From Kiritimatiellia bacterium (GTDB taxonomy: Bacteria > Verrucomicrobiota > Kiritimatiellia > RFP12 > UBA1067): a DNA stretch of 64,000 nt. The notes below the pieces were generated by a model. The model was not told the origin of the DNA and did not search any database. It saw nothing but the letters and a program-made list of their open reading frames with translations. Shown piece by piece: positions 26,667-36,825 of this stretch. Position 1 is the stretch's first letter; each line of letters begins with the position of its first letter. The stretch lies in assembly GCA_017454745.1 (NCBI GenBank), contig JAFTCL010000007.1, positions 9,034 to 73,033 of the forward strand. The letters run 5' to 3'. Made by a program: the position numbers and the translations under genes.

Positions 26667-27821
26667 TTACAGCCGCTGGCAACCTTTGATAAACACGGCG
26701 CGCACCGAAAAATCGGACGGCTCCAATACGGTGAGATCGCCCAGGAAACCCGGCTCGATTTTACCCAACTCGTTGCCGCGGCCCAGCTCCACCGCCTGGT
26801 TCCACGAAGTGGCCTGAATAATCGAAGAGAGCGGAAGCCCGGTGACTTCGTGGACGTTCTTGAGCGCGATGTTCATCCGCAGCACGGAACCCGCCAGCGC
26901 GCCGTTGGAAGCCAACCGCGCCTGACCGTCCTTGACGATCACGTCCAAGCCGCCCAGCGAAGAGGGGCCGTCAGGCAAATGGCTGGCACGCATAGAGTCG
27001 GTAATCATCACAATCGACTCAATCGGGCGGCGGCTGAAGACCAACCGGATCATCTCCGGAGCCAGATGGATCTTGTCGCAAATCACCTCGGTGCGGACAT
27101 CGCCGTGCAGCAACCCGGCGCCAACCAGACCAATGTCACGGTGGTGCAACGGTGTCATCTGGTTGCAGAAATGGGTAAGGTGTCGCAAACCGAAACCGTA
27201 CGCCTTGGCGAACTGGGCGTAAGTGGCCTTGGAGTGGCCGCAGGAGGGAACTATGCCGTTGTCAAGGCAAGCGCGGGCGAATGCGTCCCCGCCCTCAACT
27301 TCGACCGCAAAGGTAATTTGCGAAACCGGCGTAATCGCGTTCAAACGCAACAACTCCGCGACATCCGGCTTGCGAACGAAAGCGGGATTCTGGGCACCGA
27401 GGCAGGACGGGTTGATGTACGGGCCTTCAAGGTGGACGCCAATTACTTGGCTGTAACGTTCGTCGGCGCGGTAGGCAGCGACCGCCCGCAACGAATCAGC
27501 CAGCGTCTCCTCCGCCAGCGTGAGCGTGGTCGGGGCGAACGAGGTGCATCCTTCCGCCAGTTTCGCTTTCGCCACCTCTACCACCGCCGTTGGATCAGGA
27601 TCGGTCACATCCATTCCGGCTGCGCCGTGGGTGTGGATGTCGATCATTCCCGGCACCAGCAAAGCGCCTTTGGCATCGTATTCGGTGTCGGCGGCAAGCT
27701 GGCAAGCACCTTTGTCGACTTGGGCAATCCGCCCGTCCTCCACCAGAACGTAACCGTAAGTTATGTCAACCTGGGGCGAGACGATGTGGGCGTTTTTAAT
27801 CAGCAGTTTTGACATCTTCAT
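26667..27821 (-). CDS. nagA: N-acetylglucosamine-6-phosphate deacetylase
   Basis: Amidohydrolase with GMIDIHTHGAAG, a metal-binding HxH, and a full-length NagA-like layout. Confidence 0.8.
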   Translation of the reverse strand: MKMSKLLIKNAHIVSPQVDITYGYVLVEDGRIAQVDKGACQLAADTEYDAKGALLVPGMIDIHTHGAAGMDVTDPDPTAVVEVAKAKLAEGCTSFAPTTLTLAEETLADSLRAVAAYRADERYSQVIGVHLEGPYINPSCLGAQNPAFVRKPDVAELLRLNAITPVSQITFAVEVEGGDAFARACLDNGIVPSCGHSKATYAQFAKAYGFGLRHLTHFCNQMTPLHHRDIGLVGAGLLHGDVRTEVICDKIHLAPEMIRLVFSRRPIESIVMITDSMRASHLPDGPSSLGGLDVIVKDGQARLASNGALAGSVLRMNIALKNVHEVTGLPLSSIIQATSWNQAVELGRGNELGKIEPGFLGDLTVLEPSDFSVRAVFIKGCQRL

Positions 27822-29626
27822 TCTCCTTGCGTATCCTGCGCCGACGGCGCGGGGAGCAGTTTGTCAGCATCGAGCAACGCCTGTTTGAACAACGGGCATT
27901 GTTCAGCGAAATCGGGCACTTCGTTACGGTAACGGGAAGACCGCAACAACATAAGGGTGTAAACCAGTGCGTCTTCCGGGGTTTCGGGCTTGGACATCAG
28001 CGGAAGCAAATCGTCCGCAGTGAGTTTGTCCATAGCAATCTCGGCGGCCCGGCCATGAAGCTCAATGTACAACGTTTGTTCGGTAATGGCGCGAAGGGTA
28101 ACCATCCGCGTGCGCCCGTTGCGCGAAAGGCGAATCTCCTTGCCGACGTTTTTGTCCATCAACCGCATCACCATCGCGGGCTCGCGGGAGACCCGTTTCA
28201 AGAAACCCGACAACCGAAGGCGCTCCGGGACGGTTTCGGGAAGCTCCTCAACCGCGGCAGCGGCAGCCGCCATGTCACCGGCGGCAAAAGCCTTGGCCAA
28301 CTTGGGCGTTAACGCCGCCAGCAGTTCCGCACCGTTATCGGGGACATTTTCTTCCGGTTTTGTATCTGCGGCCGGCACGGACTCCTTCGGGGCAGACACC
28401 TGCGCCGGCGGCGCACTCACAGCCACCGATTCGGCAGATTTTTGGGTACGCGAAGGAATCAATGCGGCGATTTTATCAGCGATACCGTCACCCGGAAGGG
28501 TACGGTAAAAATAGACCGCCGCGAACCAGCACAACAGCAGCAGCCACATCAAAAACTGCAGGAAGACCACGCCGGGATGCGATTCCGCTTTCGGCTTGGT
28601 GGTTTCGGCGGCAAGCGGGGTCGATGATTTAGCCTCTTGCGGACGGACGATCTTAACCCGCTGGCGGTCATTGTCTTCCGTCTCCATACCCGCCACATTC
28701 AGCGTGCTGGAAGCAGTTTCGCCGGGACGAATACAAGATGGTTTTTCGCCAGCTAAAATAGCTTCGGCATCGGCCTTGACGTCACGCCACGAGGCATAGC
28801 GGTGGCGGGGGTCTTTCATCATCAACCGGTGAAGCAACCACGAGAAAGCGACCGGAAGATTGGGGTTGATGCGGTGCGGAGGCTCTAACTTGTCGTGTAC
28901 TTGGGCATGGATGACCGAAACCAGATCACGCCCGTCATCAAACGGCCGACGGCCGGTGGCCAGAAAGTAAAGCAACATGCCGACCGAGTACATGTCGGAC
29001 TGGGTGTTGAGATCGGCGCTTCCCGTTGCCTGTTCCGGCGAAAGAAAGAACGGCGTACCCACCACCACGCCACTGTCTGAATACAAACCTTCGTGATCCA
29101 CCGCCCGGGCCTGAATCGCCACGCCGAAATCGGTGATCTTCACCGTGCAGTGCGGGCCTAGCAGGATATTGCGCCCCTTTATGTTTCGATGTACGATCCG
29201 GCAAGTGTTCCACAACGCCTCCATGCCGTCGCAAATCGAACAGGTAATACGCATCAAATCCTTAATCGAAAACGGCCCGTTCTTTTCCACGCACTCCGCA
29301 AGGGTCGGTCCATCAACGTATTCCGTCACGATGTAGTGCAAACCGCCGCTGCTCACGATATCGAACACCGACGAAACGTACGGGCTTTTGAGCTTGGCAA
29401 TAATCCGCGAGATTGCGAGGAAATGTCGGACCTCATCCGGGTTCGCCGCCGACTCTTCCTTGAGCACCGACAACGACACGGTGCGGTCCAGCGAACGCTG
29501 TACCGCCTTCCAAGTAGTGACACGGCTGCTTTCGTACAATTGCGCAATCAGGGTGAATCCCTGTTCTTCAATCAACTGTTGCTGCTCTAACATTACGTAA
29601 CTCTCATTCTCACGGTTAAACCGCAC
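27818..29626 (-). CDS. Serine/threonine protein kinase with a TM segment and C-terminal extracytoplasmic domain
   Basis: Kinase subdomains HRNIKGRNILL, KITDFGVA, GTPFFLSPEQ and DMYSVGMLLY. Pro/Ala-rich linker, then a TM helix (VVFLQFLMWLLLLCWFAAVYFY) and a 240-aa C-terminal domain. Confidence 0.85.
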   Translation of the reverse strand: MRFNRENESYVMLEQQQLIEEQGFTLIAQLYESSRVTTWKAVQRSLDRTVSLSVLKEESAANPDEVRHFLAISRIIAKLKSPYVSSVFDIVSSGGLHYIVTEYVDGPTLAECVEKNGPFSIKDLMRITCSICDGMEALWNTCRIVHRNIKGRNILLGPHCTVKITDFGVAIQARAVDHEGLYSDSGVVVGTPFFLSPEQATGSADLNTQSDMYSVGMLLYFLATGRRPFDDGRDLVSVIHAQVHDKLEPPHRINPNLPVAFSWLLHRLMMKDPRHRYASWRDVKADAEAILAGEKPSCIRPGETASSTLNVAGMETEDNDRQRVKIVRPQEAKSSTPLAAETTKPKAESHPGVVFLQFLMWLLLLCWFAAVYFYRTLPGDGIADKIAALIPSRTQKSAESVAVSAPPAQVSAPKESVPAADTKPEENVPDNGAELLAALTPKLAKAFAAGDMAAAAAAVEELPETVPERLRLSGFLKRVSREPAMVMRLMDKNVGKEIRLSRNGRTRMVTLRAITEQTLYIELHGRAAEIAMDKLTADDLLPLMSKPETPEDALVYTLMLLRSSRYRNEVPDFAEQCPLFKQALLDADKLLPAPSAQDTQGE

Positions 29627-29629
29627 GAA

Positions 29630-30190
29630 TCACTTTTCGGATGAAATCGGCTTAATCCAAGGCGTAAAACTCTTGATGACGGACGAATACTTCGCCAAGA
29701 ATCCGTCGTTGCCCCCATCGGGTGACGCCTCGCCACGCGGCGCGATCAGTCCCATCGTGCTTAGCATGCACACCACGAGGAATACTTTGATCACCCCGAT
29801 CACTCCTCCCAAAATCGCGTTGAGCGGTTGCGGCAACATCAGTTTGAGCAACTTGGAACACGACCATGATACCAATATCCAAGCCGCCACGCACAGCGCC
29901 AACATTACCACCAGCACCATCAACCGCTGCGCGAATTCGCTCTCCTGCACCACCCCCAGCTGCTGAAGCATATTTGCCGTCGGGACTTTGCCGCAATACA
30001 GAATTACGACCGCAGCCAACACCCCGAGCAGATGTCCCAACTCGCCGGAACAGCCGCGGATGAAACCGCGAATCACCATGAACACCGCGACCGCCAAAAT
30101 GATGTAATCCAAAACCGAACAATTCTGCAGCCAGTCCATCAATTCACCCCGACGCTCAAAGTGACTCCAACCAAGCCTTGCACTCCGCAT
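29630..30190 (-). CDS. CvpA family membrane protein
   Basis: 186 aa with 4 TM helices. The MDWL..DYIILAVAVFMVIRGFIRG N-terminus is typical of colicin V production protein-family members. Confidence 0.65.
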   Translation of the reverse strand: MRSARLGWSHFERRGELMDWLQNCSVLDYIILAVAVFMVIRGFIRGCSGELGHLLGVLAAVVILYCGKVPTANMLQQLGVVQESEFAQRLMVLVVMLALCVAAWILVSWSCSKLLKLMLPQPLNAILGGVIGVIKVFLVVCMLSTMGLIAPRGEASPDGGNDGFLAKYSSVIKSFTPWIKPISSEK

Positions 30191-31310
30191 ACTGCGGGTC
30201 GTTCTCCTTCAACAGCGACAGGCAGAACTCCCCGTGCATGCGTGCAGCCTCTGTATCTTTGCGCCCCTTGCAGATTTCCCCCATCAGCTTTACCGCCGGC
30301 AGATAGAACGGGCTGCGGGCGATGGCCGGGGCGATAAGCTGCTCGGCCTCGTCGTACTTGCGCATCTGGAACGATTGCTCGGCGGCGGAAACGTATGCGT
30401 CAAGAAATCCCGGCCGCAACGCGGACGCGCGCTTGAACGCATCCCGCGCCTCAACCCGCAACCGCTGTTTGGCGGAAACCACCCCCAAGCCCCAGGCGGC
30501 GTTGAAATTCCCGGGATCGGCGTTAAGAGCATCCCGGAACGCCTTGGCGGCGCGCGGGTAACGTTTTGCGACCTGCATCTCCATGGCCTGATCCAGCAGC
30601 CGCTGCGCGGCGGCTTCGTCGCGCGAAGCGCCTGCCGGAACCGCCGGCGGAATGGCGGCAGCCGCCGCGCCGAACCGCTTCATGTGGTTTTTTGCCTTCT
30701 CGTAGTAAGCGTCCGACTTGTCGGCCAGCTGAAGATACAGTCCCAACTGATCGACCGCCTCTTCATAGAGGTGGTAGGTGTCGCCGTACAGTTGCGCCAG
30801 GTTGTAATAAGTCGGGGCGTAGTCCTTGCAACAGCGCTGGGCGTTAAGCAGGCTAAGTCTGGCCAACGCCGGCTTTTTCTCCTCACGGTAAACCATCGAC
30901 AGACCGTTATATGCCATCGCGGCCGCCTCCGGCGATGCCATCTGCTGCATCACCGCCTGTAAAAACAGCCCGCGGGCTTTCGGCAATTCATTCCGGAAAT
31001 ACGCCACCTCGCCCATGCCGGCCAATGACTCGCCATGGTTCGGGTTGACGTCAATCGCGGAATTAAAAGCGGCATAAGCCAGATCAAGCTCGCCCTTCAA
31101 GAGTCGGCTGCAACCAAGATAATAATAGAGTTCGGTCGAATTACCGATTCGACGAGACGCCTTTTCAAACGCCACCACCGCGTCGTCGTAACGTTTCTCG
31201 CGGAAAGCCGCGATGCCGCTTTTCAAATCGCGCATGCCGGAATCGCCGCCACACCCGGACCAACCGAGCGCCAAAACCGCCAATCCTATTCCGATACCCT
31301 GCTTTAACAT
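30156..31310 (-). CDS. TPR-repeat lipoprotein
   Basis: Lipobox LAVLALGWSGC followed by multiple tetratricopeptide repeats. Confidence 0.65.
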   Translation of the reverse strand: MLKQGIGIGLAVLALGWSGCGGDSGMRDLKSGIAAFREKRYDDAVVAFEKASRRIGNSTELYYYLGCSRLLKGELDLAYAAFNSAIDVNPNHGESLAGMGEVAYFRNELPKARGLFLQAVMQQMASPEAAAMAYNGLSMVYREEKKPALARLSLLNAQRCCKDYAPTYYNLAQLYGDTYHLYEEAVDQLGLYLQLADKSDAYYEKAKNHMKRFGAAAAAIPPAVPAGASRDEAAAQRLLDQAMEMQVAKRYPRAAKAFRDALNADPGNFNAAWGLGVVSAKQRLRVEARDAFKRASALRPGFLDAYVSAAEQSFQMRKYDEAEQLIAPAIARSPFYLPAVKLMGEICKGRKDTEAARMHGEFCLSLLKENDPQYAECKAWLESL

Positions 31311-31313
31311 AGG

Positions 31314-34300
31314 TCACAACCCCCTGCCGCAGCACTTTTTGTATTTTTTGCCGCTGCCGCACGGACACGGATCATTGCGCCCGATTGATTTTCCGCCGGC
31401 AGCCGCAGGAGTCGGCGCGGGACGATCCATTGCCGCCAACATCGCATCGAACCCCTGCTCCGCCGCGCTGGGCGGGGCTTCCGGGGCAGGTTCGGGTTCG
31501 GGCACCGCTCCAAAATCCATCCGGGCCTGCTGGCCCTGCCGGGACAACTCCGCCTCAGCGGACGCCAACACGTTGATATCGTTGTGGACTTCGCGCACTT
31601 TGGGCTGCATACGCCGCAACATCCGTTCAAAGTTAGCCACCGTAGTGGCGCGGAATACGGAGGTCGCGACTTGGGTCTTGATGCTATTCATCAACTGCCC
31701 GAACATGTCGAACGCCTCGCGTTTGTACTCCACCAGCGGATCGCGCTGGCCGTAGGCGCGCAAATTCACGCTCTGGCGCAACTCGTCCATCGCCCGCAGG
31801 TAATCCTGCCACTGACGGTCAATGCAGCTCAGGAAAACCGACCGCTCCATTACCGGCAGCAGCGCCTGGTCTTCCATCGAGCATTTCAGCTCGTAGGCTT
31901 CCACCACCCGGTCATAAAGCAATTCCGCCGCCTTTTCAGGAAGGCCGCGGTAAGGATCCAACTCGGCGGCGCGAACCGCCACGGGGAAAATGTCGCCAAT
32001 CCACTCCACCAGTGAATCCGGCTCAGAATCTTTGGCGGAAGAGAGGAACTTTTCGCATTGGCCGATGATCACGTCGTAAAAAACGTCCAGAATATACTTG
32101 TGGGCACTGTCGGAGGTGAGAATATCGCCGCGAAGATCGTAAACGACGCTGCGCTGTTTGTTCATCACATCGTCATATTCCAGCGTGCGCTTGCGGATCG
32201 CGAAATTCTGCTGCTCCACCCGGCGCTGCGCGGTCTCGACCGAACGGTTGAGCCACTTGTGCTCCAGCGCTTCGCCCTCCTTCATTCCCAGCCGGGTCAT
32301 AATGCCGGAAATGCGGTCCGACCCGAAGAGGCGCATCAGAGTGTCCTCAAGCGAAATGTAGAACTGCGAAGAACCGGGGTCGCCCTGACGCGAACAACGT
32401 CCGCGCAACTGCCGGTCGATACGGCGCGACTCGTGGCGTTCCGAACCGATCACGTGCAGACCGCAAGGCCGCTCGCGCAACAGTTCGCCCAGCGTCTGGT
32501 GGCCGTTCTGGTACTTGTCCTCCAACGTGATGTCGGATTTCACGTCGGACTCGGGCAGCCACACCACACCGGGACCGAGCTTGATGTCGGTACCGCGTCC
32601 GGCCATGTTGGTCGCGATCGTTACCGCGCCCGGCTGGCCGGCCATCATCACGATCTCCGCCTCGCGGGCATGGTTCTTGGCGTTCAGCACGTTATGCGGA
32701 ATCTTCGCCATGCGCAGCATACGGCTGAGAATTTCGGAGGTGTCCACCGTCACCGTACCGAGCAGAATCGGCTGGCCTTTGCTGTGGCGCTTCTCGACCT
32801 CGGCGATGATGGCGCGGTATTTCTCGCGCTGGGTTTTGTAAATCTGGTCGTTGCCGTCAATGCGGCGGACTGGACGATTGGTCGGAATCACCACCACATC
32901 CAGCTTATAAATGTCATGGAATTCCGTCGCCTCGGTCTCGGCGGTACCGGTCATGCCGGCCAGTTTTTTGTAAAGGCGGAAGTAGTTCTGAATGGTGATT
33001 GTGGCGAGGGTCTGGGTCTCATGTTCGATCTCAACGCCTTCTTTCGCCTCCACCGCCTGATGCAGTCCGTCGCTCCAGCGGCGGCCGGGCAGAATGCGCC
33101 CGGTGAACTCGTCCACGATGTACACGTGGTTTTCCTGCACCACATAGTCAACGTCGCGCTCGTAAAGGCAGTAGGCACGTAGCAACTGGTCAACGTTGTG
33201 GATGCGCTCGCTGCGGATCATGAAATTCGCCTGAATCTGCTGACGGCGCGACGCGCGTTCCTCGTCGGTCAACGTCTTGTCGCCGTCCAGCGCGGACAAC
33301 GCGCTCACCAGATCCGGCATCACGAACATCTCCGGGTCATTGGGGTTGAGCGTCACGCAGCCGCGGTCCGTCAACGCCACCTCGCGGGTCCGCTCATCGA
33401 TCGAGAAAAGCAACGACTCCAGTAAATCGCGGGCCTCTTCCTTGCGCATCTCGGTGAGCATCATGTTTTCCACCTGCTCGTGAAGCTTGCGCACCGACAC
33501 ATCCTCAATCATGTGCAGGAACTGCTTGTGTTTCGGCATCCCGTGGTAAATCTGGTAAAGCTTGCGGAGCGCGGTATCGTTGTCGCCTTTTTCGATCGCC
33601 GCCTTGGCTTCGGAAACGAAACGGTTGCATATCTCCATCTGCGCCCGGTACAACTTTTCGACCAGCGGTTTCAATTCGATGTACTGCGCGGTTGACGATT
33701 GCGCTGCCGGTCCGGAGATGATCAGCGGGGTACGGGCCTCGTCGATCAAAATGCTGTCCACCTCGTCAACAATCGCGAAATGGTGACCGTTCTGCACCAC
33801 CTGCGACGGTTCGACCGCCATGCCGTTGTCACGCAGGTAATCGAAACCGAATTCGCTGTTGGTGCCGTAGGTTATGTCGCACTTGTACTGCTCGCGGCGC
33901 TCGGCGGAACTCATGTGGTTCTGGATGCACCCGACCGTCAATCCAAGGTATTCGTACAAATGCCCCATCCACTGCGCATCGCGGCGGGCCAGATAATCGT
34001 TCACCGTTACCAGCTGGACATTCTTGCCGGAAAGGGCGTTGAGATACAACGGCAAAGTTGCGGCCAGGGTCTTACCCTCGCCGGTCTGCATCTCCGCAAT
34101 CTTGCCCTGATGCAACACAATACCGCCGATCAACTGAACGTCAAACGGTATCATGTCCCAAACCAACGAGTGGCCGCAAACCTCTCGGGTGGTTCCGCAA
34201 AGCCTCCGGCAGGCGTTTTTAACCGTGGCATAAGCTTCGCACAAAATGTCGTCCAACGTCTCCTTGCCCGATGCCAAACGATCACGGAATTCCTGCGTTT

Positions 34301-34430
34301 TTGCCTTCAACTGCTCCTCGGACAACGCTTGGTACTGCTGCTCAAGCTCGTTGATACGGCGAACCAACGGCTGGATACGCTTCAAATCCCGGTCGTTTTT
34401 AGTCCCAAAAATCATTCTGATCAGATTCAT
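31314..34430 (-). CDS. secA: Preprotein translocase subunit SecA
   Basis: N-terminal MNLIRMIFGTKNDRDLKR, DEAD-like motor motifs, and the C-terminal zinc-binding CPCGSGKKYKKCCG. About 1038 aa. Confidence 0.95.
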   Translation of the reverse strand: MNLIRMIFGTKNDRDLKRIQPLVRRINELEQQYQALSEEQLKAKTQEFRDRLASGKETLDDILCEAYATVKNACRRLCGTTREVCGHSLVWDMIPFDVQLIGGIVLHQGKIAEMQTGEGKTLAATLPLYLNALSGKNVQLVTVNDYLARRDAQWMGHLYEYLGLTVGCIQNHMSSAERREQYKCDITYGTNSEFGFDYLRDNGMAVEPSQVVQNGHHFAIVDEVDSILIDEARTPLIISGPAAQSSTAQYIELKPLVEKLYRAQMEICNRFVSEAKAAIEKGDNDTALRKLYQIYHGMPKHKQFLHMIEDVSVRKLHEQVENMMLTEMRKEEARDLLESLLFSIDERTREVALTDRGCVTLNPNDPEMFVMPDLVSALSALDGDKTLTDEERASRRQQIQANFMIRSERIHNVDQLLRAYCLYERDVDYVVQENHVYIVDEFTGRILPGRRWSDGLHQAVEAKEGVEIEHETQTLATITIQNYFRLYKKLAGMTGTAETEATEFHDIYKLDVVVIPTNRPVRRIDGNDQIYKTQREKYRAIIAEVEKRHSKGQPILLGTVTVDTSEILSRMLRMAKIPHNVLNAKNHAREAEIVMMAGQPGAVTIATNMAGRGTDIKLGPGVVWLPESDVKSDITLEDKYQNGHQTLGELLRERPCGLHVIGSERHESRRIDRQLRGRCSRQGDPGSSQFYISLEDTLMRLFGSDRISGIMTRLGMKEGEALEHKWLNRSVETAQRRVEQQNFAIRKRTLEYDDVMNKQRSVVYDLRGDILTSDSAHKYILDVFYDVIIGQCEKFLSSAKDSEPDSLVEWIGDIFPVAVRAAELDPYRGLPEKAAELLYDRVVEAYELKCSMEDQALLPVMERSVFLSCIDRQWQDYLRAMDELRQSVNLRAYGQRDPLVEYKREAFDMFGQLMNSIKTQVATSVFRATTVANFERMLRRMQPKVREVHNDINVLASAEAELSRQGQQARMDFGAVPEPEPAPEAPPSAAEQGFDAMLAAMDRPAPTPAAAGGKSIGRNDPCPCGSGKKYKKCCGRGL

Positions 34431-34616
34431 TTCTACCTCATAAAAACCGCAGGGCACTACCTACCCCTTCAAAATTATGCATTATGCCAAAAAAGAGGGA
34501 AAAATTCCAGCCTAAAATCAACTCGCTGACGTGTTTTTTGGTTGGCGGCAAGGAATGGCCGCAGATATCCCCAAACGCCCATCGCAAATGCCCGTTTTAG
34601 GTCCGCCAGGGCTGGC

Positions 34617-36038
34617 TCAATCTTCGCCGAAATAACAAAAATCCAGACGGATTGACGGCGCGTCAGGGCTTTCCACCGCAAAATCGGCGTTAATCCGGTA
34701 GCCGGGCAGACAAACCGCTTTGTTGCTGCCCGCCACCACAACGGGTATCTGGTCCCGTTCCACGATGGAGAGCTTGGCATCGGTAAAGACATCCTGAAGT
34801 TTTCTGGTGCCGCGCAGTCCGGTTGGCGATATATAGTCGCCCGGCATTCGACTCCGAACCGTCAGTCCAAACACGCTTGCACAAGCTTTGGCGGATAGCC
34901 ACGCCACGGCCTGACGGTCCCCCACCCGGCCGGGACATGACCGCCACCCGTGATCGGGCGAAGCCTTAATCCGCCACTTTCCCCATACGGTTTCGCCGTT
35001 TAAATTCAATTTTACCGGAAGCGGTATTTCCTGACCTGTAAGGATGAGCAACATATCACCGCGAATCTCCAACGAAAGGTTTCCGGGCAGGTTCACGATG
35101 CCGTTGCGCTTTTCCATCACCCGCTCGCACAACCCGCGGATGGAATCATATCCGGTCGCCTCGGAATAACCGTTGGCGAAAAGCCACTGCCGCAACACCC
35201 GGCGCATCAGCACCACCGGAGTTTGCCGCAGATTGCCGATCCAAATTGCAGCCTGTGACCCCGGCATGCGTTCCCCGATGTCAATCTCGTTAAGTTTTTG
35301 GGCGGCAAGGTCCTCTAGAAATATATCATCATCGGCCAGCAGTGTCGCGGTTTGCGTGAGGTGGTCGCGCAACGCGGGGTCGAAATTTTCCTCCAGCCAC
35401 GGCAACACCCGGTGCCGCACCAGATTCCTTTGGATATGCAAGTCCCGGTTTGACTGATCATCACACCAGTTTTGCCCTTGTCCGGCAAGCCATTCCCGCA
35501 ACGCGGAGTTGCTGAACGGCAGAAGCGGGCGGATAATCCTCATCCCATCTAGGTTCGATTCCGGGCGCAGCGCAGACAGCCCCGACGATCCCGCGCCGCG
35601 GGAGAGCCGGAGCAGTACCATTTCCGCCAAATCGTCGGCCTGATGCCCGGTCGCGATTGCGTCCAACTTTTGTTCCGCGATTTGCTTCCGGAAAAACTCC
35701 ATCCGGGCTTGTCTGGCGGCCATTTCCAACGACACACCATCCGGACGTTCATCCGCAAGGCGGGCATAACCCGTCACTACCGGCAATCCGGCTCGCGAGG
35801 CCAAATCACGCACAAACGCCTCTTCCGAAGCGGCTTCAGCGCGCAACCCGTGGTTGAAATGCAACACCACGCACTCTACGCCCAACTTTCGGCAAACCGG
35901 CGCCATCAACAATAGCAGCGCCACCGAATCAGAACCTCCGGAAACGGCCAATCCCAGCCGGTTAATCCCGCTCCACAATCGGTGCTTATACATGTGACGG
36001 CACATATCGCCTTGCAAACCGCTTCCAAATGTGTCCAT
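34617..36038 (-). CDS. tilS: tRNA(Ile)-lysidine synthetase
   Basis: PP-loop LAVSGGSDSVALLLL. TilS-like length and C-terminal domain. The exact start is uncertain. Confidence 0.8.
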   Translation of the reverse strand: MDTFGSGLQGDMCRHMYKHRLWSGINRLGLAVSGGSDSVALLLLMAPVCRKLGVECVVLHFNHGLRAEAASEEAFVRDLASRAGLPVVTGYARLADERPDGVSLEMAARQARMEFFRKQIAEQKLDAIATGHQADDLAEMVLLRLSRGAGSSGLSALRPESNLDGMRIIRPLLPFSNSALREWLAGQGQNWCDDQSNRDLHIQRNLVRHRVLPWLEENFDPALRDHLTQTATLLADDDIFLEDLAAQKLNEIDIGERMPGSQAAIWIGNLRQTPVVLMRRVLRQWLFANGYSEATGYDSIRGLCERVMEKRNGIVNLPGNLSLEIRGDMLLILTGQEIPLPVKLNLNGETVWGKWRIKASPDHGWRSCPGRVGDRQAVAWLSAKACASVFGLTVRSRMPGDYISPTGLRGTRKLQDVFTDAKLSIVERDQIPVVVAGSNKAVCLPGYRINADFAVESPDAPSIRLDFCYFGED

Positions 36039-36050
36039 AAAACCCCGGTT

Positions 36051-36806
36051 TTAAAGTTCAAGCATCAACAGCAGCGCAAAAGCGGTCTGCTCCATGGCCG
36101 ACGCTTTGCCAGATGCCGCCCAATACGAACCCGTACCGGTGAAATCGCGCCGCTGGGTGGTAATCAACCGTTGCACTATAGACTTCCGCCAGTTGACCGG
36201 TTTTCCGTTGTCGTCCAAAATCTCGATCTCGCGGTCCTGATTTACAGTACGAGCGAATTCCCAAACTTCACGGAATGTTAAATCTTTTCCCAACGGCCAT
36301 TTAACCTCCGGAATCTTCGGCGCGGTAAAATTGTCCGTGGCCAACGAAAGTTTTTTTCGGGTTTGCAACCATAAACGTTGTTCAAACCATTCGGCATTAG
36401 CATACCCCTTGTCACCGAACCCGACCAACTGTTTTCGAAATGCCTGATTTCCCTGCCCGTCCAGCAGCAACCGCCAAGCGCAAGCATCCAATGGCGGTTC
36501 GTTGGTAACGGCCCTCCGGTCCAACCATTGGCGGGCCCGTTTCAGGCTAGCGTCCGATTCCGGCTGGCGCAAAGACTGTAGGGTAAAAGCGATTAACGCG
36601 GTAAGACGGTCATCGCCGTCCACACCCCAACTTCCGTCGGGACGCTGCTGCGACGCCAGCCAATCCAGCGACTGTTGCATCGCAAATACCATTTCGTTGC
36701 CCATCGACACTCCGACGGTCGACCCGGGCTGGCCGTCCGTCGCGCCGGCGCCAAACACCGTCAGCCCGGCGCAACCGATCAACAGCATGATGGGCAACAT
36801 TTTCAT
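36051..36806 (-). CDS. Secreted protein with prenyltransferase/squalene-oxidase-like repeat
   Basis: Signal peptide. QQRPDGSWG repeat motif typical of terpenoid-cyclase-fold proteins common in PVC bacteria. Confidence 0.5.
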   Translation of the reverse strand: MKMLPIMLLIGCAGLTVFGAGATDGQPGSTVGVSMGNEMVFAMQQSLDWLASQQRPDGSWGVDGDDRLTALIAFTLQSLRQPESDASLKRARQWLDRRAVTNEPPLDACAWRLLLDGQGNQAFRKQLVGFGDKGYANAEWFEQRLWLQTRKKLSLATDNFTAPKIPEVKWPLGKDLTFREVWEFARTVNQDREIEILDDNGKPVNWRKSIVQRLITTQRRDFTGTGSYWAASGKASAMEQTAFALLLMLEL

Positions 36807-36825
36807 CGCGAAAACCGGATGGGCG